From the NCBI RefSeq assembly GCF_009914755.1, contig NC_060926.1: a DNA stretch of 64,000 nucleotides. One strand, written 5' to 3'. Every line of letters starts with the position of its first letter. Within the stretch, counting starts at the first letter, position 1. The DNA is from the human T2T-CHM13v2.0 reference genome, Homo sapiens. Both the position numbers and the translations under genes were made by a program. Below, in pieces: positions 1 to 14,639 of this stretch. The notes beneath the pieces are model-generated. The model saw nothing but the letters and a program-made list of their open reading frames with translations, was not told the origin of the DNA and did no database searches.

Positions 1-2688
1 AGTGGAATACCAAGCCAATTCAAACATAAATCTAAACATATATTGATTTCTTACTGAGTGAGGCTTCTCTCTGCCTCAGCCTCATCTCTAGGAGATTTCC
101 TAAAGGAAGGAAATGGACCCATTTTCGTCTTAAATTACATTACATTGTTGACTAGTTGAGAGTCTTCATGCTTCTTTAGTTTCCAGCAAAAAAAAATCTT
201 CAAATGAGTTTTTATTAAGCATTATAATGTTTGCAAAGGTATATAGTGCAAGAATTTGAAATAAAGTTTTCTGGATGCCATAATTTATGTTAACATTTAT
301 TTATAAAGAAATACATACATAATATTATAAAATTTTGTGTACAAGGACTCCACTTGTGTATCTGTATACTAGGGCTATATTTTTTGTTGAAGTGTAATGA
401 GGTAAGTTTATTTTTAAGCATTTGTGTAAGGAGAAAAGGAGGGAAGATACAAATTACTTAAGGGCCTGAAATTACTAGCACTCAGGAGTTGCCTGAATTA
501 ATTATGGAGGGTCTCAGTTGGATGGCTTGTCACTTTTTTTGGTACTGTAATGCCATGCTTTCCCCTCCCCCATGCTTTTGCTTTTTGGTTTAAAGCTTAA
601 GCTAAATATTATTCTGAAAATTACATGTTTAAAATAAAGACAGAATTTTTACAGCTTGTCCTGTGGTCATTGTGAATATTCTTTTGGATAACTGAAATGG
701 TCAGTCACTAGGATAAAGATCCTTGTGTTAGTTGAGGCCCTCTTTTGGCTAATATTCTGGGAGCAAGTAACTTAATAAAGCTCATAAATATTCAAGTCAG
801 TATACGGATTTCCTCATTTAGTTTAAGGAAACTGGGGAAAGAATTTTGTTAAACTGAGAGGTGGGCTAAGGGAATAAACTGTTCCTTGCATCCGTGTTTG
901 TGACTGGCACCTGACATTAGTTTCCTCTCAGCTTACATGCTTGCCCATTCTACTGTAAGTAAATCCCACTCTTCATTTTAGCTTTGCCCTTTTTCCTGGC
1001 ACACTGCTATTTTTTTTCAGAGCTGAAGCCGCTTAATCCCCACATGTGGATTCTGCCCTGGTTTAGGTTTTTCTACCAGTCCTGTTCTTAGTGACTTAAT
1101 CTGGTCATTCACAACAAATCAATCTTTGGTTGGTTTTGCTATGCCTTTGTCTGATTCTATTAATAAGCCTTTTTCTTGTTCCTTGTGACCAAAATTCTGC
1201 ACTATCACTTTCTTTCCACCTTTTCTGATAGCCCAGCTAGTCTGGTCCTGGGCTCCTGCTTGGATTCTACAGGCTTCTCCAGAACAATCTAGTTGGCTGG
1301 GTTTTAATTTATCTGCTTCCATGTCTTTCTATAATTCCAAGAGCCTAGTTACTTACACCTCTAGCTAACTTTACTCCTTGCCTAATGTAGGTTTGCCAAC
1401 TTGATGTCCTTCACTTGTTCCACATCACTTCTCCACTTGGGTTAGTCTTTGTGCCTAGCCTTCTTTAACGGGGCCCATCCTGCTTCACCTGAATCCTGAT
1501 TCAGATGACCAAAGACCAATTCAGTGGCTAAATTGTTAATGTCTATGCTTTTAATTCACTACAGGAGAAACATCCTGGTTAACCTCTGCTTCTCAGTCAG
1601 TTGTTCAAATGTGCCATTGGAGCACCATAAAATATGTCACTTCAGAATGTTACTCAGTAAGGGCACCTGTTTTAGCTTGGTCACCTCCTTTGAACCTAAA
1701 ACAGAGGCCAGCCATATCTACAGCAAGTGTCCCCACCAAATTTTGTCTCACTGCATAAGCTTTACTTTCTAAGGTGATTTTGAATGGAACTTTAAGAACA
1801 TATCAGACAATTTTGAGTTACTTGTCTTGCTGTGCTTTTTATTTTATTGGTCTTAGAGGAAACACACATATGCATAATATTTTGTTTCCCAATTTAGGGA
1901 GTTCATGGACTACTTAGAGGTCCAGCCCCGTAGGTCATAGTGACACTGTGATGGAACGTTTACTTCCTTTTTATAGTTGTCATATCCAACCATGCTTATT
2001 GTAAAGACAATTGATAAATGAGATAGAAGTCGAAATAAGTTAGAGGAGAATGATGCTAAAATTTCTTTAGCATTATAGGATCTTAGATTTATGCTGTTTG
2101 GCTTACTGTTACTACAATGACAGTTTTCTAAATGTTATTTTTATAAAACAACTTACCAAAAGGTACCTATGCAGGAAATGAACTTGAAAAAAATCAGAAA
2201 AGCATTTATCTTTAACAGAATGTTATTGTCAACATTTTAAATTTATTGTATGTATGCAGTTACGAATTATATAAAAGTGAGTTTTGGCTCTCTAGGGAAG
2301 AATCAGTTGGAATTTTATTAAATTTCAACCTGGACTATTTTACTTGGAAGTTGAAGAATTACAGCTAGCCTAGTGGTTTATACAATATATAAGATATGAA
2401 AAACCCTTCACAGGACATTTCATTGATTTGTTTCCAAGTTTAGTTCAGACAACCAAAGACCAATGTATAGGTAAAGATGAAATGAGCCATTATTTTGCCA
2501 TTATTTGCAATATTTGTGACTTAACATTTATTACCTACATTATTCTTCATTACCTTTATTCTGTTGTTTAAAACTACTTTTAAAAATACATTATGATGAG
2601 GCTTTTTGAAGTTTTTTCAAAGTGGTCTAACTTTAAGACGATTGTATATTTAGAATTCCTGTACTTTAAAAATATTTATTGAGAATGA

Positions 2689-2866
2689 GGGGTGGGAAGA
2701 GGGAGAGGATCAGGAAAAGTAGCTAGTGGATGCTGGGCTTAATACCTGGGTGATGGGATGATATGTGCATCAAACCACTGTGGCACATGTTTACCTATGT
2801 AACAAAACTGCACATCCTGCACATGTACCCCTGAACTTAAGATAAAAGTTGGAAATTTAAAAAAAA
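2689..2866 (+). mobile_element. L1 3' end fragment (L1PA16-like), 5'-truncated
   Basis: L1 3'UTR motif ...cacatgtttacctatgtaacaaaactgcacatcctgcacatgtacccctgaacttaa followed by an A-tail; 8-bp TSD gagaatga at 2681-2688 and 2867-2874. Confidence 0.85.
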
Positions 2867-3874
2867 GAGAATGAACTTTTTTTTTTTTAAGATCACTTTG
2901 ATAAGGAGAAAGTCAATATATTGACAGAATTTTACAGCTGAAGCTACCAGAAATGGCATGTGGCCATCTCTGAACCCTTCCTGCATTCTTTTCTCTATAC
3001 CAGGCTGCCTGGCATGCTTTTAAATCACCACCAGTACAACCTCTGCAGAGATCTTCAGCTATATTCTCCAGCAGCTTAATTTTTCTCCCAAGGTTAAACC
3101 TTACACAGAAAGTTTGTTCTCTGATAGGCATAGGTACACTGAATAAACTACTATAGTACTGCTGATCAGGGCTTCTGACTTTGAAACTGAGCTGCAAAAC
3201 AAATGATCAGCTGATTGTATCAGTTTAGTGAGGTGAAAAGCTAGGAATTCCTTGCAAACAAGCAGTCTATTTAAATGTTAAAAGAGAAGAAATCTGGTTT
3301 CCATGTTGTAGTAATGATTCACTAGTTTTCTAGTGAAGGTCATTTGAAAGGAGAGTGAGCAGTGATGGGTCTAGCTGAACACAGAATGATTAATTACAAG
3401 TTATTAAAGCATGGTTTCACTCTGGGCTTATTGTGCATAAGCAAGTTTATATATGCACTTGAAGAAACTTGATACAAATAGAATGAATGAAAAAATGCAA
3501 AGGCAAGGGCATAAAATAGGTAGGCAAGCAAGATGGCAGCACTCAATGTTTCTGGAATTATATAACCTTGCCCAAGAGGAAGTTGACATATGGTGAAAGG
3601 GATCTTGAAAAAAAAGGAAGCCAAAAGAGTCCCTGACTGAGGGCATTTACTCTGCAGTTTCTTCATCTAATCAGAGAAATGGACAGGAAACCAGGCCCTC
3701 TTACTCCTACATCATGGGGCTGTTGAACATACCTCATGAGAGAGAAGTACTTAGATAGGTTTTGCAGTGGGGTATGTTTCGGAATACTGAAGTAGAGGTG
3801 TTTTCAATTGATATAAAACTTGGTGTGGAGTAGATTACAAGGTCAAAATGAATATGTGATCTATTGGTAGGGAG

Positions 3875-4100
3875 GTAGCCTGGGTATTGCAAAGAGCACA
3901 TGTTTTGGAAACAAAGGGACCTGAGCTCAAATCCTGGCTCTCCAGCATGCTATCCATGTGATCCCAAGGCAAGTGACAGCCACTGAGTTGTAGCTCCTCT
4001 TGTAAAATAAAGTAATGCTAACCGTTGAAGTATATTTCCTGTGAAGTTAATGAGGCTTAGCGAATCAAGCCCTCCAAAGGGCCTGAGCCATGTGTTCACA
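3875..4100 (+). mobile_element. MIR SINE (degenerate)
   Basis: gacctgagctcaaatcctggctct...ggcaagtgac...tgtaaaat resembles the MIR core. Confidence 0.6.
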
Positions 4101-4391
4101 TGGCTGTTTTTATTAAGCCTGTGGTCTCCATTCTGATTTTTCCTCTATCGCGTTCTCCCTTATGCGGGGTGGTACTGAAATGGCCATGGATATTTTTGGG
4201 TTTATAATTATATGTTTACTTCCTTTGTATGTACATTTTGTATTATTTTCCTATTTTTATATTATGTGTACTATTTTTCCTAATGAAAGCTTCCCAAATT
4301 GGATAAATTTCATGCCTCACAACCCTAGGGTCTGCCATGTTTATTTTGTAACTTTCTTATTAAGATTAAGCAAAATAATCATGTAAAGCAC

Positions 4392-4879
4392 TTTATCAGT
4401 TATTTATTGCCAAATAACAGCCCATTCCAAAACTTAGCAGCTTAGAACAGTAACTATTTTATTTGTTCACAATTCTGTGGATCAGCCCTTCAGCCTGGGC
4501 TCTGCTTGGTGGTTCTTCTGCTGATCTGGCCTTGGCTCACTCTTGTGATAGCAGTCAGTTGGCAGAGAGTAGGTGATCTAAGATGGCCTCAGTCAACTGT
4601 CTGGCAGTTGTCAGGCTATTAGCTGGTTACCTTGTTACTCCTCCATGGGGCCTCTCTAGTGGACTAGCTCAGAGCTGCTCACATGGCATAGCCTTTAAAG
4701 AGGGAGAGAGAGAAAACTGGAAGGCCTCGTGACGTCTATGCTTAGAACTCCCACTTGTGCTGCATTCTATTCATCAAAGTGAGGCATAAGATTAGCCCAG
4801 ATTTAAGGAGTCAAAAAGTAGATTCCATTGCTTGATAGAATGAGCTGCAAAGAAATGTGGCTGTTTATAATCTACCACT
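4392..4879 (-). mobile_element. MLT1 (MaLR) solo LTR, MLT1G/H-like
   Basis: ccaaaacttagcagcttagaac...cacaattctgtgg...ataatctaccac, typical of an antisense MLT1 LTR. Confidence 0.7.
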
Positions 4880-5228
4880 AGCTCTGTGCCTGAAATAGGA
4901 GATCCTGAAATATGTTAGCTTTCTCTTCTTCCTCTTCCTACCTTGCTTCTTATTTCTGCTGAGGTTAAATAAACACGAATTGAAGAGAAGCTTCCATGGA
5001 AGAAGAGAAGAACTAGACATAAATAAGACTCCCTCAGATGTGTCTGATACTCAGTTTTATAAATTCTTAATCTGTTGTTTAAATTAGATTGAATTTTAAA
5101 CCTACTTATACCTTTTAAAAATAAAATGCTTAAAAATTTTACTGTATTTTCTTTTAAAAAGTTTGTATATGAGACATTAAAATGTCTTGCCTTTTTCAGT
5201 TTATATCTGTGAAATTGTGAAATATATA

Positions 5229-6711
5229 CAGTGATGCACCACATAACAAAATTTGGCCAACTATGGACCACACATACAACAATGCTCCCATAAGATTGTA
5301 ATGGAGCTGAAAAATTTCTATGGTCTCATGAGTTGTAGTGGTCATAAAGTCGTAGTGATATCTATTACCTTTCCTATGATTAGATACACAAATACTTACT
5401 ATTGTGTTATGATTGTTATAGTACTCAGTACAGTACATACAGTATAGGTTTGTAGCCTAGAAGCAATAGGCCTGGGTGTATAGTCAGCTATACCACCTAG
5501 TTTTGGATAAATACATTCTATGATATAAGCACAATTACAAAATTGCCTAACAGTGCACATTACAGAACAGATCTCTGTCTTTTAAAAAATTTTTTTAAGT
5601 TCAGGGGTACATGTGCAGGTTTGTTATATAGGTAAACTTGTGTCACAGGGGTTTGTTGTATAGATTATTTTGTTACCCAGGTGTTCAGCCTAGTACCCAT
5701 CAGTTGTTTTTCCTGATCCTTTCCCTCCTCCCACCCTCCACCCTCAGGTAGGCCCCAGTATCTGTTGTGCCCCTCTATGTGTCCATGTGTTCTCATCATT
5801 TAGCTCCCACTTACAAATAAGCATATGTGGTATGTGGTTTTCTATGCCTGTGTTAGTTTGCTAAGGATAATGTCTTCTAGCTCCATTAATGTCCCTGCAA
5901 AGGACATGATATCATTCTTTTTTTATGGCTGCATAGTATTTCTTGGTGGATATGTACCACATTTTCTTTATCCAGTCTACCAGTGATGGGCATTTAGGTT
6001 GATTCCATGTCTTTGCTATTGTGAATAGTCCTGCAATGAACACATGTGTGCATGTGTCTTTATGGTGGAATGATTTATATTTCTTTGGGTATATACCTAG
6101 TAATGGGATTGGTGGGTCAAATGGTAGTTCTGCTTTTAGTTCTTTGAGGAATCACTACACTGCTTTCCACAATGGTTGAACTAATTTATACTCCCTCCGG
6201 TAGTGTATAAGTGTTCCCTTTTCTCTGCAACTTCACCAGGATCTGTTATTTTTTGACTTTTTAATAATAGCCATTCTGACTGGTGTGAGATGATATCTCA
6301 TTGTGGTTTTGATTTGCATTTCTCTAATGATCAGTGATGTTGAGCTTTTTTTCATATGCTTGTTGACGGCATGCATGCCTCTTTTGAAAAGTGTCTGTTC
6401 ATGTCCTTTGCTACATTTTAATGGGGCCGTTTTTCTTGTAAATTTGTAAGTTCCTTATAGATGCTGGATATTAGATCTTTGTTAGATGCATAGTTTGCAA
6501 AAATTTTCTCCCATTCTGTAGGTTGTCTGTTTACTTTGTTGATAGTTTCTTTTGCTGTGCAGAAGCTCTTTAGTTTAATTAGATCCCATTTGTCAATTTT
6601 TGCTTTTATTGCAATTGCTTTTGGCATCTTCGTCATGAAATCTTTGCCCGTTCCTATGTCCAGAATGGTATTGTCTAGATTGGGATCCCTGTCTTAAGTG
6701 GCACATGACTG
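5229..6711 (+). mobile_element. Tigger3/MER7-type TcMar DNA transposon, interrupted by L1
   Basis: Left TIR cagtgatgcaccacataac after a TA; cccataagattgtaatggagctgaaaaattt; right TIR ttaagtggcacatgactg ending at 6711. Confidence 0.8.
5582..6683 (-). mobile_element. L1PA (L1PA13-16-like) 3' ~1.1 kb, antisense
   Basis: L1 3'UTR plus ORF2 end (ORF 6418-6636 [22 protein letters not shown]...[12 protein letters not shown]); TSD gatctctgtctt 5570-5581 / gatccctgtctt 6684-6695. Confidence 0.95.
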
Positions 6712-8142
6712 TGTTTGATCTTCACCCAGTTTCCTGGCATACAACTCCTAAAATCCTTAAAATCTCCAAAGTGATAAGCGTCTCTTTGTTTGCTAATGAG
6801 ATGACTGGTGGTTGGCAGCCCCTGGGTAGCTTCAGGATGGGGGCTGATCACAAGAAAGACCAAGGCATGATTATGTAGTTGGAACTGTTTAAGCCCTATT
6901 CCCCAACCTCTGAGAAGGAGAGAGGGGATAAAGTTTAAGTTGATCACCAATAGACAATATTTTAATCAATCATACCTACATAATGAAGCCTCCATAAAAG
7001 CTTTGGATAAGCTTCCAGATAGCTGACCACATGAAGGTTTCTGGAAGGTGGAGCACCTAAAGAAGGCATGGAAGCTCTGTGTCCGTTCCCCCATACATTG
7101 CCCTATCCATCTCTTATCTGGTGTTCATCAGTATCCTTTGTAACATCGTTTTAAATAAACCAGAAAGTATAAATAAGTGTTTCCCTGAGTTCTGTGAGCC
7201 ACTCTAGCAAATTAATCAAACTTGAGTAGGGGATTGTGGAAACCCTGATTATAGCCGATTGGTCAGAAGCACAGGTAAAATAACCTGGAATTTGCAATTG
7301 GCATCAGAATGGTGGTGGGTGGAGGATAAGGAGGGGAAGTCTTGGGGACTGAGACTTCAACCTGTGGGATCTGAACTACCTCCAGGTAGAGAGTGTCACA
7401 ATTGACTTGAATTAGAGGACACCCAGCTGGTGTCTGCTGCAGAAGTGATTGCTTGCTTGGTGTATGGGGGGGAACCCCTACCCCTACATTTGGTCACAGA
7501 AATCTTTTGTGTTGACTGTTGAGTGACAGTATAGGAGAAACTGACTTTGTTTTTTTCCTATATCCTCAATATCAAATAAGGAATTTGCTGAAGAAAGCTT
7601 GGTTTTGGAATGAAGATGAATAATAATTTAAAATACGGAAAAAGTAATATATTTAGCAATTTGACAAAGGCTCACGGCACTCTTCTTTTTCAGTTTAATG
7701 GAATTGTATATATGTGATTAAGAAAACCAATAAAGCAAACTTCTAGCATTTTCCTCTTTAAGTGATAATTAATTGTCTCCTTATTGAGTAATTAAATTAA
7801 TCTGAGTCTACAGATAGATGAGTTACATGGATGTTTAATAATTTAGATAGCATCTATAACTTTTAAGAACCTGTTAAATGATTATGAGAATCAACCAGGT
7901 TCTCCTGGTGATGCCATGATCATAATAATCTGCACTGCATCTAAAAACAATCATTTGGAGAATTAGTTTGAAATACTGTTCTTTATATAACTGACAATAA
8001 TAAATATTTTCTGATAAATGCTAACTTGATTTGCTGATTATTGGAGAGCTAAGAATAATAAGTGAAAAGAGATACGGAAATAAAAGGAAAAGGAAGTACA
8101 TGCTACTACTTGTCTTTAGTTTATTTCTAGTGAAATCAGATC

Positions 8143-8640
8143 TATTAGTCAAGACATTTAGTTGCAAAAGACAGAAAATGTAAAATGGGAAATTATTGGT
8201 CATATAAAGGGAGGGTTAAGAGGAATACATTTCAGTACAGCTGGATGTAGGGGCCTGAGGAGGTAATGAAGACCCAGTTTTTCTTTCTCCATGTTTTTTG
8301 TCTCTTTCTTCTGTGTTGGTGCCAGTCTCAGGCTTGATGTGGGAACACTTTAGTTGTAATAGTTTAAATCCCTGTATTCTTTTGGTTTAAGTACAATAGA
8401 AAAGAATGGTTTTCTAATCTCAGGAAAATGCCTGAGATTAGATCTGTTTAGGACTGCTTGATCTGGTGTGAGTCATGTGTCTGTCCAACCCCAGATGAAC
8501 TAGAAGGATGGAATACCTTGATTGTCTCAGGCCTCTCTCTTGCTTCACTTGTTGTTCTTCTGGAACAAAGTCAGGGACCCTCATCCTAAGCCCACAGATT
8601 GAGACTGGGGAAGAGTAGATTCTAGATAACAATAGGAGAC
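8143..8640 (-). mobile_element. Old MaLR LTR (MLT1K-like), degenerate
   Basis: attagtcaagac..tagttgcaaaagacagaaa and cagctggatgtaggggc motifs; boundaries approximate. Confidence 0.45.
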
Positions 8641-9374
8641 TTCAAAAGTAGGGTAAAGCTGACATGGCAAGCCAAACACAGCTAGGGTCTATTACAAATG
8701 TAACGTACATGTTCCTGGAACGCAGTAGATGCTCAATAATATGTCTTAAATTAGAGACGGTTGTTAGAAAAGGATATTTTAGCCTTTTGAGTTTTTGTGT
8801 ATTTTGCTCTCGGAACTCTGCTGGGTAAATATAGATAAGAGTTTGCACTCTCTGGTCTTTTCTTAAAGCGTTTTTTTTTTTTTTAATGATTATGTGCCTT
8901 TCACGCAATTATTTAGCAATAATAATGTTCTGATTTTACAGATGGAAGACACTGAATGTGATGAAAAGGCTTGATGCTGTTTATAAAATTCAGTGTTGGA
9001 CAAACTTAAAATGTTTTCTCCATTAAAAATTTGTAAATTGTGTTTAAAAGTACTCAAAACAGTTATATTTGCATCCATCAGTTATATAAAATAGTATTAT
9101 GACTATTAGTCTGATAACAGATAGATAAATGTGATCGATTATTGCATGTTTCTGGGTAGCTTGTCATATCATAACCATTTCTAGAATTCTTGGACACATT
9201 TAATGTATTCCTTTAAAAAATCAGAATGGATATTCTGATTTGTTCTGTCTGTTGGTAAAATTCAAGTCAGAGATGAATTAGCTCCTGCCAACTTGGCCTA
9301 TTTAAATAGTATAGGGGTTTTATACAAGAAGATATCATAAAATTTCCTTTTATTATCATAGATTACTGTATAAA

Positions 9375-9487
9375 TAGGTGATCATCTAATCAATAGTCCA
9401 AACTAGGACATTGTTGAGAGTGACAGGGGAAAATTACATTGTGAGACCAGGCAGAATCTAGACAAACCAGGACTTGAAGTCACCCCG
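9375..9487 (+). mobile_element. MER81 (hAT-Blackjack MITE)
   Basis: taggtgatcat...gtccaaactaggaca..ttgagagtga...gtcacccc; perfect 8-bp TSD tgtataaa at 9367-9374 and 9488-9495. Confidence 0.8.
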
Positions 9488-10169
9488 TGTATAAACAATA
9501 CAACTTATTACCTGTACACTTAATATTAAATTTCTCTATAAGGAACAGTGTCAGAGGACTTTTTTTATACTGCAGAGCACTTTGATAAGATAGCTGTTGG
9601 TCATGTGACTTCTTTGGTATGGCCTATTTTTCCTTTAAGAATTAATAACATCTTAAACACTCATAGACATGACAGCATTTGGAAAGTCCCAGTGCTTCTT
9701 TCTCTATTTTTCTAGCAGAGTATTTAGTAGGAGGAATAATTAATTTTTTGAATGACAGATTTAGCTCTCTAACCATGTCCCTGGTCACCTCTTAGACTAA
9801 AATAGATCATGCCAGGTAAACTATGATAATAATGCCTGATAAAGATATCTTGATGGTGTAATTGACAATACCTCAATAAGGCAGTGGAGGTTAGAAGAAC
9901 AATGAGAAGTCTTCTACTGTCCCCTGCCAATTTCAGTATATCACATGGAAGTTATTTTTCTGTTATCCTTGTCCCTCCAGGTGGCATTTAAGATTTGAGC
10001 ATCATGGTAACAGAGGGCCAGAGAATGAAGGAAACAAATCTCATGTCAACTCTTTCTTTTTTTTTTTTTTGTTTCTCTATGTTTCATTTATTTTTTAAGG
10101 GGTGAACTCTCTTTGTTAAGTATAATTTCTATTCTATAATAGTAATTTAATAAATACTTAATAATGTGA

Positions 10170-10543
<374 letters not shown>

Positions 10544-11429
10544 TAAAAATCAGCAGTTACAGAAGCGGTTAAGAACTTCCTTGTGAAAGCAATGTTCACT
10601 CAGTCTTTATTTTCCAAATGACTTGAATGCTCTTAATACTAATTTCACCTTGATCTAAGCCACTTTATATTAAACCCTTTTATTTAAAGTTAGTTGCTTT
10701 TGAGCCCACTGCATAGAGACCCTCTAATTCTGTGTAGTGACTTGTACTTTAGTGCCCAATTAGAGTGTGAATCAAGGTTAATTAGCAACAAATCATCTTT
10801 TTATAATTGAAGAATCTAAGGTACAGCAAGATAAGTGACCTACTGAGGGACAGAGTTCAAAATAAAATAGGTTTCAGTCACTCAATGAAGTGCTTTGCTG
10901 GGAGATCTCGCCTGGTCCTGTGGTCCTTTAGTGAAATATGGGGAAACCAGCAGGGGACGTAGGTCAGATAGTTTATAATGGTGAGTTATAGGTTGTATAT
11001 TATAAGGAGCATTTCTCAGCACTGAAGAAATTTCACTAGATTCCAGCTCACCTTTCCAAACTATTAAAAGCAAAACGGGACTGTTTTTCAAAAATTGGAA
11101 AGTAAACCTGGCTTCTTGTTAGAAATTTGGAAAATATTGAGAAGTTTTAGACCCAGTCCCTTTAACCTTAAGGAGCTCACATGCAATAAGATGGAAGGGG
11201 CAGGGGAGATCAGGACAGAAAACTACCGATATGGCCGTGAGAGCATGGAAGCTTAGATCAGTGAATTCTTCTTGAATTTACCTTTTTATAAATCTTTAAA
11301 AACAAATTTGACTTTAAAAAAGCACAAATATAAATCGGAAATGCTAATTAGCACGTTAAGTTAGATGAAACATATCAGTGGAATCAAAGCTCACGCGTCA
11401 AATGATGTATTTTAATATTTTAAAAATCA

Positions 11430-11740
<311 letters not shown>

Positions 11741-11771
<31 letters not shown>

Positions 11772-11827
11772 TATATATATATATATATATAAACTATATA
11801 TATATATAAACTATATATATATATATA
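11741..11827. repeat. (TA)n/(CA)n compound microsatellite at an Alu tail
   Basis: Directly visible. Confidence 0.95.
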
Positions 11828-12064
11828 GTTAGTTTAAGAAATGAGCAAAAATGAATAGCTAGGCAGAAATTTATGATAGCTTTTCTTAGATTAAACACCA
11901 AAAATATCTTGAACATTTGCGTTGGCTGAAAATGTTCTTTGTAAACAGTGAAAAAAATCTACAGTTTTATTTTAAAAAAGAATTAGTTATGTTTCCTAGT
12001 ACTTTCACATTGAATTAATTTGTCACTTATTCTAGTGGATAAACAAGAATAGGGCTACTTACCT

Positions 12065-12463
12065 GAATGTTAATGGGGCAGATGCTACCAGAGCCAACCC
12101 TTATCCCCAGGACCTTTCACATTGCTCTTGTGAACTTTCTACTGTCAGCACCTGCATCTCAAATGCTGATTTGCCCATGGACAGCAGTTCATTCTAGGGA
12201 ATTAATATGCTTGCTTTTCCAGCAGCCCTCATCTAATAACTCTCTAGAGGTGACATATAAATACCCCAGCTCCCTCACCCTCAGATGAGATAATTCTGAA
12301 GCTGTGTTTTGCACTAGTTCTGAAAGCTTCCCCAGGGAATTCAGCTCCAAGCACCCACTCTGGCAGCTGATTTATTAGATGCTTTTCCTTCTTTGTCTCT
12401 CTTCCCCACTTCCCTACCACTGTTCCCTACTTGGGGTCTGCTTCTGGAGAACCCATACTAAAT
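12065..12463 (+). mobile_element. LTR16-like ERVL solo LTR
   Basis: ccctcagatgagataattctgaag...ggggtctgcttctggagaaccc resembles the LTR16 3' end. Confidence 0.6.
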
Positions 12464-14125
12464 CCTAAAATTAGGCATTATTGTTATTACACTTCTATGC
12501 ACTACCTGGATTAACCCCATGGCGATCATCGTTTGGGAATTCTCAAGTGTTTTACATAAAAGGCATCATTCATAAAGCTAAAGAAGGACCAGTAGGATCA
12601 ATGACGCACACTAATGGATTGAAAGAGTTATCTAGCATGACCCGAGATGCATTAGCAAACACAGGAAATCTGACCTTGGGAGAAAGCCCCTGATCTGAGC
12701 CTGGAGAGTAAGACTGAAGTCAGAATGATAAGCCTTCCTTGTCCAATGTCACATTGCTTTGGATTTGCTGTAGAGCTGGAGGTTCAGGGAAGGGCATTTC
12801 TGCAATGCCTTCTTTTACTTTTGCATGTCCTTCCTGGCCTGACTGATGTGGGCGGTGATCTCATTTTATTCTTTCTCCCTAAATCTTCTACAGCAGTATA
12901 CACATAGATAGTGAATACTTGTTGATTAATGGGCTACTGTGCTGTGCTGTCAGGTGCTATATTAAATTCTGTTATAGCAGTTACTTCTAGGATCTGTAGG
13001 TATTTTTTTTTTTGTACTATAAGTCCGCTGGTCTTTGTTGCTATTACATTATGGAGCATTGTCAAATATTCCATTTTCTCTTCGAGGAGTACTTGGCAAA
13101 ATTAGCATCTGATGATTTATTTTTGAAAATTAGTGATAAGATATTGATGAAATAGACATAGTTTCTAATCTTTTGTTTCTAGTCCCATTTAGTTCTGTGC
13201 ATGATCTTGTGAATGAGAACTTTCATATGCTAAGGAAATCTCTTCCAGCCTTAACCAGGAGCAATCAAGCCAGTTGTTGCTGACACATCCCTGCTACACC
13301 TCGCTTCTCTGGCTGTGGTTTGCTGGGATCCCCAGGGTAGTAGTTAGATGAACACTGCCATCATCTTGCCTACTCTGCTCCAGGATTTCTAGCGTGGCTC
13401 ACTGTCCCCAACCAGACGTCCTTATCAGCAATTCCTTAGAGATGTCACTCTGACTCTTGTGGTGATCTCACAGAAATACTCATAAAAAAAATTGAGTATG
13501 CTGCTGTGTGCTGTAAATTGTCTTTCTCAACTTGAAGTTATACCTCTTTAACCACTGTTCATCATTTCTGTGACAACTGTATGAGTATACTGTATACTTT
13601 AAACATGACAATGATTGATCCTGTAGGTAAAATACCAAATGGTTGAAAACAAATGGCAAGGATTTTTACAATTGAAAGGCCTATCCACCCGGTGACCACT
13701 GTATTATTCATTAGAAATAGGTATTATCTTAGCTATTATAACTGCTGGAAGTTTTGTGAACCTTTTATGTCCAGTCAAAACTGCAAACTCTGCATATGCT
13801 TGCTTATGAATATTACTTCTAGCTAAAGAAGTGTTCATATAGTCTTTTCCATTTAAATACATGGCTAGGCATTTACTGAAATGTGAGCTATTTACTAATG
13901 GTAGATTACTGCAGTGTCTTTCATATCAGATGTTGCTTATCTGACAATCTCAACTAGGTGGAAACTAGGCAAGAAACAGGTAGGAAGCTGAATTGGCTCG
14001 TGAGATAACCTAAGAGATATCCCAGTGTCTATGCAGTACCTATTCTTGTGTACTTTATCTTTATTCACTGGAAAACCCTTCTACAACCACATGCAAAATC
14101 AGTTTGTTTTTAAAAAATTTTACAC

Positions 14126-14432
14126 TTTTTTTTTAAAGACAGGATTTTGCTTTCTTACCCAGGCTGGAGTGCAGTGGCACGATCATAGCTGACTGGAGCC
14201 TCATCTCCTGGGCGCAAGTGATCCTCCCACCTCAGCCTCCCAAGTAGGTGGGACTAGAGATGCATGTCACCATGCCTGGCTAATTGAATTTTTTTTTTTT
14301 TTTAGTAGAGATAAGGTCTCGCTTTTTTTTTTTAGTAGAGATAAGTTCACTTGAACTCCTAGATTCAAGTGATCCACCCACCTCAGCCTCCCAAAGAGCT
14401 GGGATTACAGGCATGAGCCACCATACCTGGCC
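14126..14432 (-). mobile_element. AluJ with internal duplication/deletion
   Basis: J-type right arm (gatcatagctgactg); (T)nagtagagataag occurs twice. Confidence 0.95.
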
Positions 14433-14639
14433 TTTACACATACTTTTAACAGGTTTGGTTCAGTTATATAATTTCCTGGTTAGTAGCAAACAAGAAGGGA
14501 GAAAAGAATAGACTACCAGAGAAAAATACTAAGAAATTATACTTTATTAATACCTAAATGATTAAACTTAGTGAAAGAGTGAGTTTTAGTCACATTTTAA
14601 CTTAAAAACTGATAATTGTGTTAGAAAGCTTCAGACAGT

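Larger units (their letters stand above)
5208..7568 (+). mobile_element. MER21 (ERVL-type) solo LTR, interrupted by Tigger3 and L1
   Basis: Begins TGTGAAATTGTGAAATATATA (5208), resumes at 6712 (...tttcctggcatacaactcctaaaatcc...) and ends CA at 7568; perfect 5-bp TSD atatc at 5203-5207 and 7569-7573. Confidence 0.85.

Noticed and set aside
9218-9241. 10-bp perfect hairpin aaatcagaat/attctgattt
   Set aside because: It is short and AT-rich, and compatible with chance in 64 kb.
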